DNA from: Bifidobacterium breve
Lineage (GTDB): Bacteria; Actinomycetota; Thermoleophilia; Solirubrobacterales; Solirubrobacteraceae
DNA length: 64,000 nt
NCBI GenBank assembly: GCA_945878865.1
Contig: CAMCUD010000007.1
Location: forward strand, 80,227 to 144,226
Reading direction: 5' to 3'
A program made the position numbers and the translations under genes. Positions 1-10,973 of the stretch are shown here, one piece after another. The notes beneath the pieces are model-generated. The model was not told where the DNA came from and did no database searches. It was given only the letters and a program-made list of their open reading frames with translations. Positions within the stretch are counted from its first letter, which is position 1; every line of letters starts with the position of its first letter.

Positions 1-1
1 G

Positions 2-466
2 CGCCCGGACGGCCCGATCCGCATGCTGCACACGCCGCGCACGTTCGGCCACGCGTTCAACCCGGTGCGCTTCTACTACTGCGGCGAGCCGGCCGGCGTC
101 GTGCTCGCCGAGGTGACGAACACGCCGTGGGGCGAGCGCCACTGCTACGTGCTCGACCCCGACGGCGGGCAGGCCGAGAAGGCGTTCCACGTCTCGCCGT
201 TCATGGGGATGGACCACGCCTATACGTGGCGCCTGAGCGAGCCCGGTGAGCGCCTGCACGTCGCGATCGCCTCCGACGGCACCGACGGCCGCCGCGCGTT
301 CGACGCGACGCTCGCGCTCGAGCGCCGCCCGCTCGATCTCACGCGGCTGCTCACCCGGTATCCGGCCGCCACCGTGACCACGCTCGCGCGGATCTACGCG
401 CAGGCGCTGCGCCTGAAGCTCAAGGGCGCCCCGTACTTCCCCCACCCCGCGACAGGAGCCCGATGA
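2..466 (+). CDS. DUF1365 family protein (5' end cut by window edge)
   Basis: The ORF is open to the window start. Motifs FNPVRFYYC, TNTPWGERHCYVL and HVSPFMGMDH fit the DUF1365 family that usually precedes cfa. It has an ATGA start/stop overlap with the next gene. Confidence 0.8.
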   Translation, partial: RPDGPIRMLHTPRTFGHAFNPVRFYYCGEPAGVVLAEVTNTPWGERHCYVLDPDGGQAEKAFHVSPFMGMDHAYTWRLSEPGERLHVAIASDGTDGRRAFDATLALERRPLDLTRLLTRYPAATVTTLARIYAQALRLKLKGAPYFPHPATGAR

Positions 467-1734
467 GAAGCGCCCGACTGCACCGAGCCCTCGCCCACGC
501 CCTGCTGCGCCGCACGCGCCACGGGACGATCACCCTCGTCGAGGACGGGCGGGAGCTGACGTTCGGAGACCCGACCGACGACGTGCACGCGCGGATGGAG
601 CTCGTCGACCCGCCCGCCGTCTACCGGGCGCTGCTGCGCGGCAGCCTCGGCCTCGCGCTGGCGTGGACCGACGGCGCGTGGACGTCGCCCGACCCCGTCG
701 CGCTCGTGCGTCTCGGCGCGCGGAACATGCCGCGCTTCGACCGCCTGCGGCTGCGGCTGCGCTGGGCGCTGGGGCCGATCCAGGCGCTCACGGGCGCGCT
801 GCGGCGCAACACGATCACGCGCTCGCGTGAGCAGATCGCCGCGCACTACGACCTCGGCAACGACCTGTACGAGCTGTTCCTCGATGAGACGCTCATGTAC
901 AGCGCGGCGGTGTTCGAGACGCCGCAGGCGTCGCTGCACGAGGCGTCGCTGGCCAAGCTCGACCGCATCTGCCGCAAGCTCCAGCTGCGCCCCGAGGACC
1001 ACCTGCTGGAGATCGGCACGGGCTGGGGCGCGATGGCGGTCTACGCCGCGGAGCGCTACGGCTGCCGGGTGACGACCACGACGATCTCCAAGGAGCAGCA
1101 CGCCGTCGCCACGGCGCGAGTCCGCGAGGCCGGCCTCGAGGACCGCGTGACCGTGCTGCTGCGCGACTACCGCGAGCTCGAGGGGCAGTTCGACAAGCTC
1201 GTCTCGATCGAGATGATCGAGGCCGTCGGCTGGCGCGACTTCGGGACGTTCTTCGACGTGTGCTCGTCACGGCTGAAGCCCGACGGGCTGATGCTGCTGC
1301 AGGCGATCACGATCGACGACCGCGCCTACGAGGCCGAGAAGGCGACGAAGAGCTTCATCAACCAGCTGATCTTCCCGGGCGGCTGCCTGCCCTCCCAGGA
1401 GATCATCTCCCGCTGCGTGGCCGAGCGCACCGACATGCGCGCAGTCCAGCTCGAGGACATCACCGAGCACTACGTCCGCACGCTGCAGCACTGGCGCGAC
1501 CGGTTCGACGCCCAGCCCGACAAACTGCGCGAGCTCGGCTACGACGACCGGTTCCAGCGGCTGTGGCGGCTGTATCTCGCCTACTGCGAGGGCGGCTTCG
1601 CCGAACGGCGGATCGGCGACGTGCAGCTCCTGCTGGCCAAGCCGCGGTTCGTCGACGAGCCGCTGGCGCCGGCGCACGCGATCGCTCCCGCGGGCCGCGG
1701 CCGCTTCGCGCGTGAGATGGAGCTGGCGGCCTGA
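463..1734 (+). CDS. cfa: cyclopropane-fatty-acyl-phospholipid synthase, SAM-dependent methyltransferase
   Basis: 423-aa ORF with SAM motif LLEIGTGWG and C-terminal LWRLYLAYCEGGF, typical of CFA synthases. It is coupled to the DUF1365 gene. Confidence 0.9.
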   Translation: MRSARLHRALAHALLRRTRHGTITLVEDGRELTFGDPTDDVHARMELVDPPAVYRALLRGSLGLALAWTDGAWTSPDPVALVRLGARNMPRFDRLRLRLRWALGPIQALTGALRRNTITRSREQIAAHYDLGNDLYELFLDETLMYSAAVFETPQASLHEASLAKLDRICRKLQLRPEDHLLEIGTGWGAMAVYAAERYGCRVTTTTISKEQHAVATARVREAGLEDRVTVLLRDYRELEGQFDKLVSIEMIEAVGWRDFGTFFDVCSSRLKPDGLMLLQAITIDDRAYEAEKATKSFINQLIFPGGCLPSQEIISRCVAERTDMRAVQLEDITEHYVRTLQHWRDRFDAQPDKLRELGYDDRFQRLWRLYLAYCEGGFAERRIGDVQLLLAKPRFVDEPLAPAHAIAPAGRGRFAREMELAA

Positions 1735-2513
1735 TCGCGCACCATCGAGAGGGCGACGGCTCGCCGCTGCTGCTCATCCACGGGCTCGGCGGCGACCGCG
1801 GGATCTGGAAGCCCGTGCTCGCGCCGCTGGCGGCCGGGCACGACGTCCTCGCGGTCGACCTGCCGGGATTCGGGGCGTCATCGCCGCTCCCCGGCGACCC
1901 GCCGCCCTCCCCTCCCCGCCTGGCGGCCGCGGTCGCCAGGCTGCTCGACCACCTCGGGCTCGAACGCGTGCACATCGCGGGCAACTCGCTCGGCGGGTGG
2001 GTCGCGATCGAGCTGGCGCGGCTGGGCCGGGCGCTCTCGGTGTGCGGCATCGCGCCGGCGGGGTTCTGGCGCGAGCCGCTGCCGCCCAAGCCGTTCGTCG
2101 CCCATCACGTCAGCCGCGCCGCGCTGCCGCTGCTGCCGGTGCTGGGCGGATCGGCGCGGCTGCGGCGCGCGGCGCTGACGGGCGTCGTGGGGTTCCCCGA
2201 CCGGGTGCCGCGCCAGGACGCGGTGCGGATCATCCGCGCGTACGCGTCGGGGCCCGGGTTCGTCGACGTCAACCGGGCGATGCGCTCGGCCGAGCCGCTG
2301 CGCTCGCGCGAAGGTGTGGACGCCCCGGTCACGCTGGCCTGGTGTGAGCTCGACCGCCTCGTGCGCCGCCCGCGGCAGCTGCCGTTCGCCGTCGAGCGCG
2401 AGGTCGCGCTGCCGGGCTGCGGGCACGTGCCGATGTGGGATGACCCCGACGCCGTGACCGCGACGGTGCGCGCCAGCGTGGCGCTCGGCGATCAGTCCAT
2501 CCTCCGCGGGTAG
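1731..2513 (+). CDS. alpha/beta-fold hydrolase (start codon unresolved)
   Basis: Contains the oxyanion motif LLLIHGLGG and the nucleophile elbow GNSLGG. The first canonical start (GTG 1815) lies downstream of the HG motif. The frame is open only back to the stop at 1713-1715, and CTG 1731 and ATC 1734 are the only start candidates. Confidence 0.7.
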   Translation: MIAHHREGDGSPLLLIHGLGGDRGIWKPVLAPLAAGHDVLAVDLPGFGASSPLPGDPPPSPPRLAAAVARLLDHLGLERVHIAGNSLGGWVAIELARLGRALSVCGIAPAGFWREPLPPKPFVAHHVSRAALPLLPVLGGSARLRRAALTGVVGFPDRVPRQDAVRIIRAYASGPGFVDVNRAMRSAEPLRSREGVDAPVTLAWCELDRLVRRPRQLPFAVEREVALPGCGHVPMWDDPDAVTATVRASVALGDQSILRG

Positions 2514-2582
2514 AGCAGGGCAGCCGCTGCCCAGTCGTTCCCGAAACAGACGACGGGTAATCCCCTGTACCGCGGTTGACGC

Positions 2583-3881
2583 ATGGACACCCGGCCCGCG
2601 TGGAAGCATCAGCGCGTGCCCACTACGCAGCGCCGCCTGACCGCCCACCCCTCCACTGGGCGCCGGATCCCCGGAATCGAAGGGCTGCGCGCGATCGCGG
2701 CGACCTCCATCGTCGTCTACCACGTGTGGGGCAGCGCGTCTGCGGAAGGCGCGCCCGTGGGCGTCGACGGCCGGTTCGGGCACCTCATGACGAACCTGTC
2801 GCTCGGCGTCGCCCTCTTCTTCTGCCTCTCGGGGTTCCTGCTGTACCGGCCGTTCGCGGCATCGCTTCTGCGCGGCGCACCGCTGCCCGACCGCCGTGCG
2901 TACGCGCGCAACCGGGTGCTGCGCATCCTGCCCGCGTTCTGGGTGTGCGCGGTGATCGCGATCATCCTGCTCGGCCAGGGCCAGCAGCGAGACGGCACCC
3001 TCGCGCGCCCAGAGGGTCTGCGGGAGATCGCGCAGCTGCTCACGCTCAGCAACGACTGGTTCCCGTCGACCATCGGCACGGGGTTTCCCGTCACCTGGTC
3101 ACTCGCGGTCGAGGCGGTGTTCTACGTCGTCCTGCCGCTCCTGGCCACCGCGGCCGCGCTCGGGGCGGCCCACCGGGTCGGCAGCGCCCGCCCACTCGCC
3201 GCCGCGCTCCTTCCCGTCCTGACGCTCGCCGCGATCGGGTTCGGCACGCGGTTCTTCCTCCTCGCCCTCACCGACGGATGGGACTGGAGTGACTGGTACG
3301 GCCCGCTGGAGACCGGGTTCCTGGGCCAGGCCGACCTCTTCGCCTCCGGGATGCTCGTCGCGATCGTCGACGTCCAAACGCGCGACGGGCGCTGGAGGCC
3401 GCCGGCCCGCTGGCGCAGGGCGGTCGTCCCCCTCGCCTGCGGCCTGCTCGCGCTCGCGGCGTGGCAGATGCCGGTCGACGCGCAGCTCACCGCGAACCCG
3501 TGGAACTGCGTGGCGACGATGGCGCTCAGCCTGTTCCTCGCCGCCGTGGTCCTCCCCGCGCACGCGGGAGCGCCACGCGCGCTGGCGCTGCTCGAATGGC
3601 GGCCCGTCGCCGCCCTCGGCGTGATCTCCTACAGCGTCTTTCTCTGGCACCAGCCCGTGATCGACGAGCTGCGCGCCCACGGACTGACGGGCAGCGGCCC
3701 CAGTGGCCTGGTCATCAACCTCGTCGTCGTGATGGCCGTCACGGCCGCCGTCAGCTGGGTGTCCTACCGCGTCGTCGAAGCGCCGGCGCTGCGGCACAAG
3801 CAGCCGATGACGCGGCGCGGCCCCGGCGCAACCGCCGGGGCCGTCCGCGACACCGCAGCGCTCAGCTCGCCTGCGAGGTGA
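2583..3881 (+). CDS. membrane acyltransferase, acyltransferase-3 (OafA/YrhL-like) family
   Basis: 432-aa polytopic ORF. The N-terminal IPGIEGLRAIAATSIVVYHVW signature and multiple hydrophobic helices fit the family. Confidence 0.85.
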   Translation: MDTRPAWKHQRVPTTQRRLTAHPSTGRRIPGIEGLRAIAATSIVVYHVWGSASAEGAPVGVDGRFGHLMTNLSLGVALFFCLSGFLLYRPFAASLLRGAPLPDRRAYARNRVLRILPAFWVCAVIAIILLGQGQQRDGTLARPEGLREIAQLLTLSNDWFPSTIGTGFPVTWSLAVEAVFYVVLPLLATAAALGAAHRVGSARPLAAALLPVLTLAAIGFGTRFFLLALTDGWDWSDWYGPLETGFLGQADLFASGMLVAIVDVQTRDGRWRPPARWRRAVVPLACGLLALAAWQMPVDAQLTANPWNCVATMALSLFLAAVVLPAHAGAPRALALLEWRPVAALGVISYSVFLWHQPVIDELRAHGLTGSGPSGLVINLVVVMAVTAAVSWVSYRVVEAPALRHKQPMTRRGPGATAGAVRDTAALSSPAR

Positions 3882-4842
3882 ACGGCACGCGGCTCCAGCT
3901 CAGCGGGGCGCCGGACGTGCTCAGCCGCAGCTTCAGCCAGTCGCGCGGGCTGTTCGTCGAGCCCTGCACCGTGACGCGGGTGAGGTTCGGCGCCGCCACG
4001 GCGTTCGGGTACAGCGGGCCGGGCGTCGCCAGCGGCGTGTCCTGCGTGAACAGGTGGGAGTCGCCGTTGATCAGCAGCACCGGCTTCTTGAACGACTTCG
4101 CCTGCTTGGCGATCTCCTCGACGATCGGCACGAACGCCGTCGTCTGGCCGGCGGCGGCAGCGGCCGGGTCCCACATGTCCGCCTGCATGCCGAGGACGAC
4201 CGCGCGGGCGTTCGTCAGCTTGGCCGCGGAGAACGTCGAGCGGATCCACGCGAGGTTGCCGCGCAGGCGCGCGTCGTGCTCGGCCTGCTGCTCGGCCGTC
4301 GGCGCGGTGGCCCCGGTCCAGGGCGCGAGGCTGTCGTTCGAGCCGACGACGTGCACCGTCGAGAGGACGACGCGCTGCTTGGACCAGAGCTTGTTCTCCG
4401 GCAGGCCCCGGGAGGACTGGTCGATGATCGGCATGGGACGGCCCAGCGTCCGGTAGTGACGGTTGAAGAAGACCTCGCGGATCTTGGCCAGCCGCTCGAG
4501 CGGGTTGTAGGCGCCGTTGTTGACCCGGTGGCAGTCGGTCCACTCGTTGTCGCCGGGGGTGTAGACGAGCGGGTCCTTCAGGCGGTCGAACTGCGCGCGA
4601 ATCGTGGCGAAATACTCATCGGTGCACTTGGTCGAGCCGCTCTTGATGTCCCCGAGGTGGACGACGGCGTCGACGTCCTGGTCGGCGTTCAGATCGTCGA
4701 TGTCGGTCGGGAAGTTCGCGAGCTGGACGTTCCCGTACGGGGTGTCCCCGAGCACGGCGACCGACGACGTGCCGGCGCTCGCGGCGGCGACCGGAATGAG
4801 AAGCGCGGCGAGCGTCGCCGCGACAGTGATGGGTGTGCGCAT
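3862..4842 (-). CDS. secreted metallophosphoesterase (calcineurin-like)
   Basis: Signal peptide MRTPITVAATLAALLIPVAAASA. Metallophosphoesterase motifs GDTPYG, HLGDIKSG and PGDNEW are present. Confidence 0.8.
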   Translation of the reverse strand: MRTPITVAATLAALLIPVAAASAGTSSVAVLGDTPYGNVQLANFPTDIDDLNADQDVDAVVHLGDIKSGSTKCTDEYFATIRAQFDRLKDPLVYTPGDNEWTDCHRVNNGAYNPLERLAKIREVFFNRHYRTLGRPMPIIDQSSRGLPENKLWSKQRVVLSTVHVVGSNDSLAPWTGATAPTAEQQAEHDARLRGNLAWIRSTFSAAKLTNARAVVLGMQADMWDPAAAAAGQTTAFVPIVEEIAKQAKSFKKPVLLINGDSHLFTQDTPLATPGPLYPNAVAAPNLTRVTVQGSTNSPRDWLKLRLSTSGAPLSWSRVPFTSQAS

Positions 4843-4882
4843 AGCGCGGCGACCGTATGGCCGCGCCGGCGGGCGGATGTCA

Positions 4883-4902
4883 ACGAGCGGTGGCCCGCTC
4901 GT
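4883..4902 (-). terminator. stem-loop just downstream of the lepA stop
   Basis: Perfect 8-bp inverted repeat ACGAGCGG-TGGC-CCGCTCGT, 7 nt from the lepA stop. No clear U-tract follows. Confidence 0.45.
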
Positions 4903-4908
4903 GAAGGT

Positions 4909-6714
<1,806 letters not shown>

Positions 6715-6787
6715 GTGCGGCCCATCAGGTTAGGGCCCGCGCCGCGCATCTCGCCATCCCGTCACCGCGCTTCGGACACCATGGCCT

Positions 6788-7678
6788 TTGACGTCGCCGC
6801 GAAGGCGAGCATCATGCAGGGAGATGACCGGCGCGATCACCACCGTCCTGCTCGACCTCGACGGCGTCCTGTACGTCGAGGACGACCCGATTCCCGGGGC
6901 CGTGGAGGCCGTCGAGGCGCTGCGCGGCCGCGGGCTGCGGCTGCGCTTCGTCACGAACACCACGTCGCGCTCCCGCGCGCAGGTCGCCTCGCGTCTGGCG
7001 CGGCTGGGGTTCACGCTTCCCGCCGAGACGGTGCTGACCCCCGCGTCGCTGGCGGTCCGGCGCTGCGGCGTCGTCGGCCACAAGCGGGTGAAGCTCCTCG
7101 TCGCGCCCGCGCTGCGCGAGGACCTCGCCGGCCTGGCGCAGGTCAAGCCCGGTGAGCGGCCCGACGCGATCATCCTCGGCGACCTCGGGGAGGGCTTCAC
7201 CTACGAAGTCCTCAACGAGGCGTTCCGGTGCATGGAGGCCGGCGCGGAGCTCATCGCGCTGCAGCGCAACCGGTTCTGGCGGCGCACTGACGGCCTGGCG
7301 ATGGACGTCGGCGCGTACGTCGCGGCGCTCGAGTACGCCACCGGCAAGGAGGCGACCGTCGTCGGCAAGCCCGAAGAGGCGTTCTTCAAGGCCGCGCTGG
7401 CCGATGCGCACGATGAGCCGGGGCACGCCCTGATGGTCGGAGACGACATCGAGGCCGACGTCGGCGGTGCCCTGCACGCCGGGCTGTCCGGCGTGCTCGT
7501 GCGAACCGGCAAGTACCGGCCGGGCGCCGAGGAGCGCTCGGGCGTCACGCCGACCGCGGTGATCGACTCGATCGCCGATCTGCCGCGCCTGCTCGACGAG
7601 GGGCTGCCCGCCCCCGCCGCGCCCTCCGCGTCGCCGCTCAGGCGGCGAGTGCGGCCGCGTTTCGGCCCTGCTGCTTGA
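6788..7678 (+). CDS. HAD-superfamily subfamily IIA hydrolase (NagD-like)
   Basis: Motif I LLDLDGVLY and motif IV VGDDIEADVGG. The start is either TTG 6788 or ATG 6824. Confidence 0.8.
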   Translation: MTSPRRRASCREMTGAITTVLLDLDGVLYVEDDPIPGAVEAVEALRGRGLRLRFVTNTTSRSRAQVASRLARLGFTLPAETVLTPASLAVRRCGVVGHKRVKLLVAPALREDLAGLAQVKPGERPDAIILGDLGEGFTYEVLNEAFRCMEAGAELIALQRNRFWRRTDGLAMDVGAYVAALEYATGKEATVVGKPEEAFFKAALADAHDEPGHALMVGDDIEADVGGALHAGLSGVLVRTGKYRPGAEERSGVTPTAVIDSIADLPRLLDEGLPAPAAPSASPLRRRVRPRFGPAA

Positions 7679-9017
7679 CGTCGTAGAGCGCGCGATCAGC
7701 GCGGCCGAGCACGCTCTCGACGGGCTCGTCCTCGTCGCACATCGCCACGCCGATCGACACCGTCACGTCCCCGATGCTCGCCGCCGCCTCGACGAGCCGC
7801 TCGGCGGCGTCCATCGCTTCACGCTCGTCCTGGACGCGCAGGAGCGCACCGAACTCGTCGCCGCCGATGCGGAACAGCTCGTCGCCGCGGCGCAGCGCGT
7901 TCGACAGCGTCGCGGCGACTTCGCGCAGCAGCCGGTCGCCCGCCTGGTGGCCGAAGGTGTCGTTGATCTGCTTGAAGCCGTCGAGGTCGAGCAGCAGCAC
8001 CGCGATGCGCCGGCCGCGCAGGCGGCGCAGCTTCGTGTGGAACGTCCGGTGATGGCCGAGGCCCGTGAGCGGGTCGGTTGCCGCCTGCGTGCGGAGCTCA
8101 CGGACGAGGCTCGCGACGCGCAGCGCGCTGCCCGCCTGCGCGCACAGCATCTCCAGCAGCTCGATCTCGTCGGTCGTGATGGCCTTCGCGCGGCGGTCGG
8201 CCAGCAGCAGCACCTCGCGCGCCGAGCCGTCGGCGATGACCGGGAGCGCCAGCAGCGTGCGGATCTTCGTCCCGGGGAGCTGGACGACGGGGCGATCCCG
8301 GTCCCCCGGCGCGATCGTGTAGCGCGACGCGCCCTCCTGGACGCTGTGGGCCAGCCGGCGCAGCGTGCGGCCGGGCAGCGACTCGAGCTCGACAGCAAGC
8401 GGCCCGGTCGCCCGGCGCGCGCCGACGGCGCCGTTCTCGTCGAGGCGCAGGAGCATCGCCGACGTCATGCGGCTGATGTCGATGGCCGCGTCGAGCACCT
8501 CGCGCTCCATCTCGTCGATCTTCGTCAGGCCCGTCAGGCGCGCGGCGTGGCGGACCAGGCGCTGGCTCGGCGACTCGGCGGGCGGGCCGCCGAGGTCCTC
8601 CAAGCGCTGGCCCAGCAGCTCGGCGGTGTGCTCGACCCGCGCGATGCCGTCAGCGTGCAGCGGCTCGGTCGACTCGAGGTTGACCACGCCGACGACCCGG
8701 CCGCGGCAGCGCACGGGAAAGCACGCCTCGGCGACGACGTCGCCGATGAGCTCGACGAAGTCCGGCGACCGCGTGACGTCGTGCTCGACGGTCGGCTCGC
8801 CCTCGCGGAAGGTCCGGCCGATGATCCCGGCCGTCTCGGGGAGACCGTCGAGGATCTCCAGGTATCCGCGGACGGCCTGGCAGCGCAGCCGGCCGCCGCG
8901 CTCGAGGTAGACGCTCGGCAGCGAGCCCTTCACTTCGGAGAGGTGGTCGACGATCGCCCAGCAGGCGGCGGCGACGTCCGGGGCGGCGGCGAGGCGATCG
9001 GCGATCGGGGTCGGCAT
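7638..9017 (-). CDS. GAF-sensor diguanylate cyclase (GGDEF)
   Basis: C-terminal DPLTGLGHHRTF, LLDLDGFKQINDTFGHQAGD and RRGD-x5-GGDEF (intact I-site plus active site). The N-terminal ~290 aa are GAF-like. Confidence 0.88.
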   Translation of the reverse strand: MPTPIADRLAAAPDVAAACWAIVDHLSEVKGSLPSVYLERGGRLRCQAVRGYLEILDGLPETAGIIGRTFREGEPTVEHDVTRSPDFVELIGDVVAEACFPVRCRGRVVGVVNLESTEPLHADGIARVEHTAELLGQRLEDLGGPPAESPSQRLVRHAARLTGLTKIDEMEREVLDAAIDISRMTSAMLLRLDENGAVGARRATGPLAVELESLPGRTLRRLAHSVQEGASRYTIAPGDRDRPVVQLPGTKIRTLLALPVIADGSAREVLLLADRRAKAITTDEIELLEMLCAQAGSALRVASLVRELRTQAATDPLTGLGHHRTFHTKLRRLRGRRIAVLLLDLDGFKQINDTFGHQAGDRLLREVAATLSNALRRGDELFRIGGDEFGALLRVQDEREAMDAAERLVEAAASIGDVTVSIGVAMCDEDEPVESVLGRADRALYDVKQQGRNAAALAA

Positions 9018-9074
9018 TGCCCCGACTATCGGGCGCAGGGTCCGGTTCCCGGATCAATCATTCGTCCATCTTGC

Positions 9075-10676
9075 TCAAGCTGAGCGGAAGATCCTCGCTC
9101 TGAGCGCCTTTTCGATGGTCTGCGCCTCGGCGATCTGCAAGAACCGGACCACGATCACATAGACGAATGCCCCAGCGGCGAGCCCGAGCCCGACGCTCAG
9201 GATCTGCGCGACAAGCGAGACACCGAGCACCTCATCGAGCCCCCACCAGACGGCGTAACTCGTGACCCCGAGCGCCGCGGACGCCGCCAGGATCTTCAAG
9301 GTGGTGCGCCCCGTCTCGCCTCCCTCGAGGCGCCCGCTGAGCTGCCCGCGCAGCGCCCAGCCCTGCGCGAAGGACATGAACGCGCTCGCCACCGCCGTGG
9401 CCACCACGATTCCGGGGATGCCGAACGGGTGGTACAGCGCCAGGGCCACGGCGACGTTGATCGTCAGCGAGCCGACCGCCAGGGCGGTCGGGGTCCACGG
9501 CTTCTGCAGGCTGAAGAACGTGCGGGTCAGCAGCAGGTTCACGCCCGCGAACGGCAGGCTGAACTGGAACCAGAACAGCGCCTCGGAGACGAGCGTCGTC
9601 GATTCGCTCGTGAACTCGCCGCGCTGGTAAATGAGCCGCGTGATCGGCTCGGCCAGGACGAGACACGCGACGGCCGACGGGATGAGCAGCAGCAGGATCT
9701 GCCGGGTGCCCGTCCCCACGAGGCTGCGCAGGTCGTCGTAGTCACGACGCGCGGCCAGGCGGCTGAGCGCCGGGAACAGGACGGTCGCGATCGCGACGCT
9801 GAACATCCCCTGCGGCAGCATGTAGATGCGAAACGCCGCGTCGATCGCGCGGGGCCCTTGGTCGTTGACCTCGGAGGCCAGCAGCGAGCTGATGAGCTGG
9901 TTGAAGTTGATGAGCCCCAGCCCGATCGTCACCGGCAGCATGAGGATCAGCACGCGCGCCACGCGCGGATCGCGCAGGTTGATCTGCTTCGCCCACTGGA
10001 AGTCCAGCCGTCTGAGGATGGGGATCGCCATCGCCAGCTGGATCGTCGTGCCGAGCAGGATCCCGATCGCGTACGCGTAGAGCTGGTTGTCGCCCTCGAA
10101 GAACTGCTGCGTGCCGATGAGCGTGACGATGATCGCCACGTTCCACACCAGCGGGCTGATCGCCGGGATCGTGAAGTGGTCGTACGCCATGAGGATCCCG
10201 ACGAGCAGGCCGTTGACGCCGAGGAGCAGCACGATCGGGAACAGCACCTGGCTCAGCCCGATCGTCAGCTGATCGAGCTGGTCGTTGAACTCCTTGCCCG
10301 TGAACAGCGGCATGACGTACGGCGCGGCGAAGTAGAAGCCGACCGTGAGCAGCCCGAGCGCGCCGATGATGATCGCCAGGAACGTCGTGGCGAGCATGAA
10401 CGCGTCCTTGCGCTTCTCCTTCTCCAGCAGCTCGGTGAACACCGGGACGAACGCCGCGGAGAGCGCCGCGTCGGCGAACAGATTGCGGATCAGCGTCGGG
10501 ACCTGAAAGGCGATCGTGAACGCGCTGAAGGCCCCGGATGTCCCGAAATAGCTGGACGCCACGACCTCTCTGGCCATGCCCGCGATGCGCGACAAGCCGG
10601 TGGCGATGCTGAAGATCGCGGTGTTCCGGGCGATCCGTCCCTGCCCGGCCCGCGGTGGCCGGGTGCGGTCCGCCAT
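9075..10676 (-). CDS. murJ: lipid II flippase MurJ/MviN
   Basis: 533-aa polytopic ORF. The N-terminal SRIAGMAREVVASSYFGTSGAFSAFTIAFQVP is typical of MurJ. Confidence 0.9.
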   Translation of the reverse strand: MADRTRPPRAGQGRIARNTAIFSIATGLSRIAGMAREVVASSYFGTSGAFSAFTIAFQVPTLIRNLFADAALSAAFVPVFTELLEKEKRKDAFMLATTFLAIIIGALGLLTVGFYFAAPYVMPLFTGKEFNDQLDQLTIGLSQVLFPIVLLLGVNGLLVGILMAYDHFTIPAISPLVWNVAIIVTLIGTQQFFEGDNQLYAYAIGILLGTTIQLAMAIPILRRLDFQWAKQINLRDPRVARVLILMLPVTIGLGLINFNQLISSLLASEVNDQGPRAIDAAFRIYMLPQGMFSVAIATVLFPALSRLAARRDYDDLRSLVGTGTRQILLLLIPSAVACLVLAEPITRLIYQRGEFTSESTTLVSEALFWFQFSLPFAGVNLLLTRTFFSLQKPWTPTALAVGSLTINVAVALALYHPFGIPGIVVATAVASAFMSFAQGWALRGQLSGRLEGGETGRTTLKILAASAALGVTSYAVWWGLDEVLGVSLVAQILSVGLGLAAGAFVYVIVVRFLQIAEAQTIEKALRARIFRSA

Positions 10677-10703
10677 GAGCGGCGCGCTACTCTACGCCTT
10701 CGC

Positions 10704-10967
10704 ATGGCGAACATTCACTCTCAGAAGAAGCGCATCCTGCGCTCCGAGCGCGAGCGGATCGAGAACCGCCGATACACCTCGGCGATCAAGACCTACTTCC
10801 GCCGGCTTGAGGCTGCGGTGTCCGAGAAGGACACCGAGAAGGCCGCGGCCGAGCACCGCACGCTCGTCTCGACGATCGACAAGGCCGTCAAGCGCGGCGC
10901 GCTGCACCGCAACAACGGCGCGCGCAAGAAGTCCCGCGCCGCCCGGCTGCACAAGTCGATCTCGTAA
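10704..10967 (+). CDS. rpsT: 30S ribosomal protein S20
   Basis: 87 aa beginning MANIHSQKKRILRSERERIENRRY. ATG at 10704 lies inside a longer spurious ORF. Confidence 0.95.
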   Translation: MANIHSQKKRILRSERERIENRRYTSAIKTYFRRLEAAVSEKDTEKAAAEHRTLVSTIDKAVKRGALHRNNGARKKSRAARLHKSIS

Positions 10968-10973
10968 CTCGGA

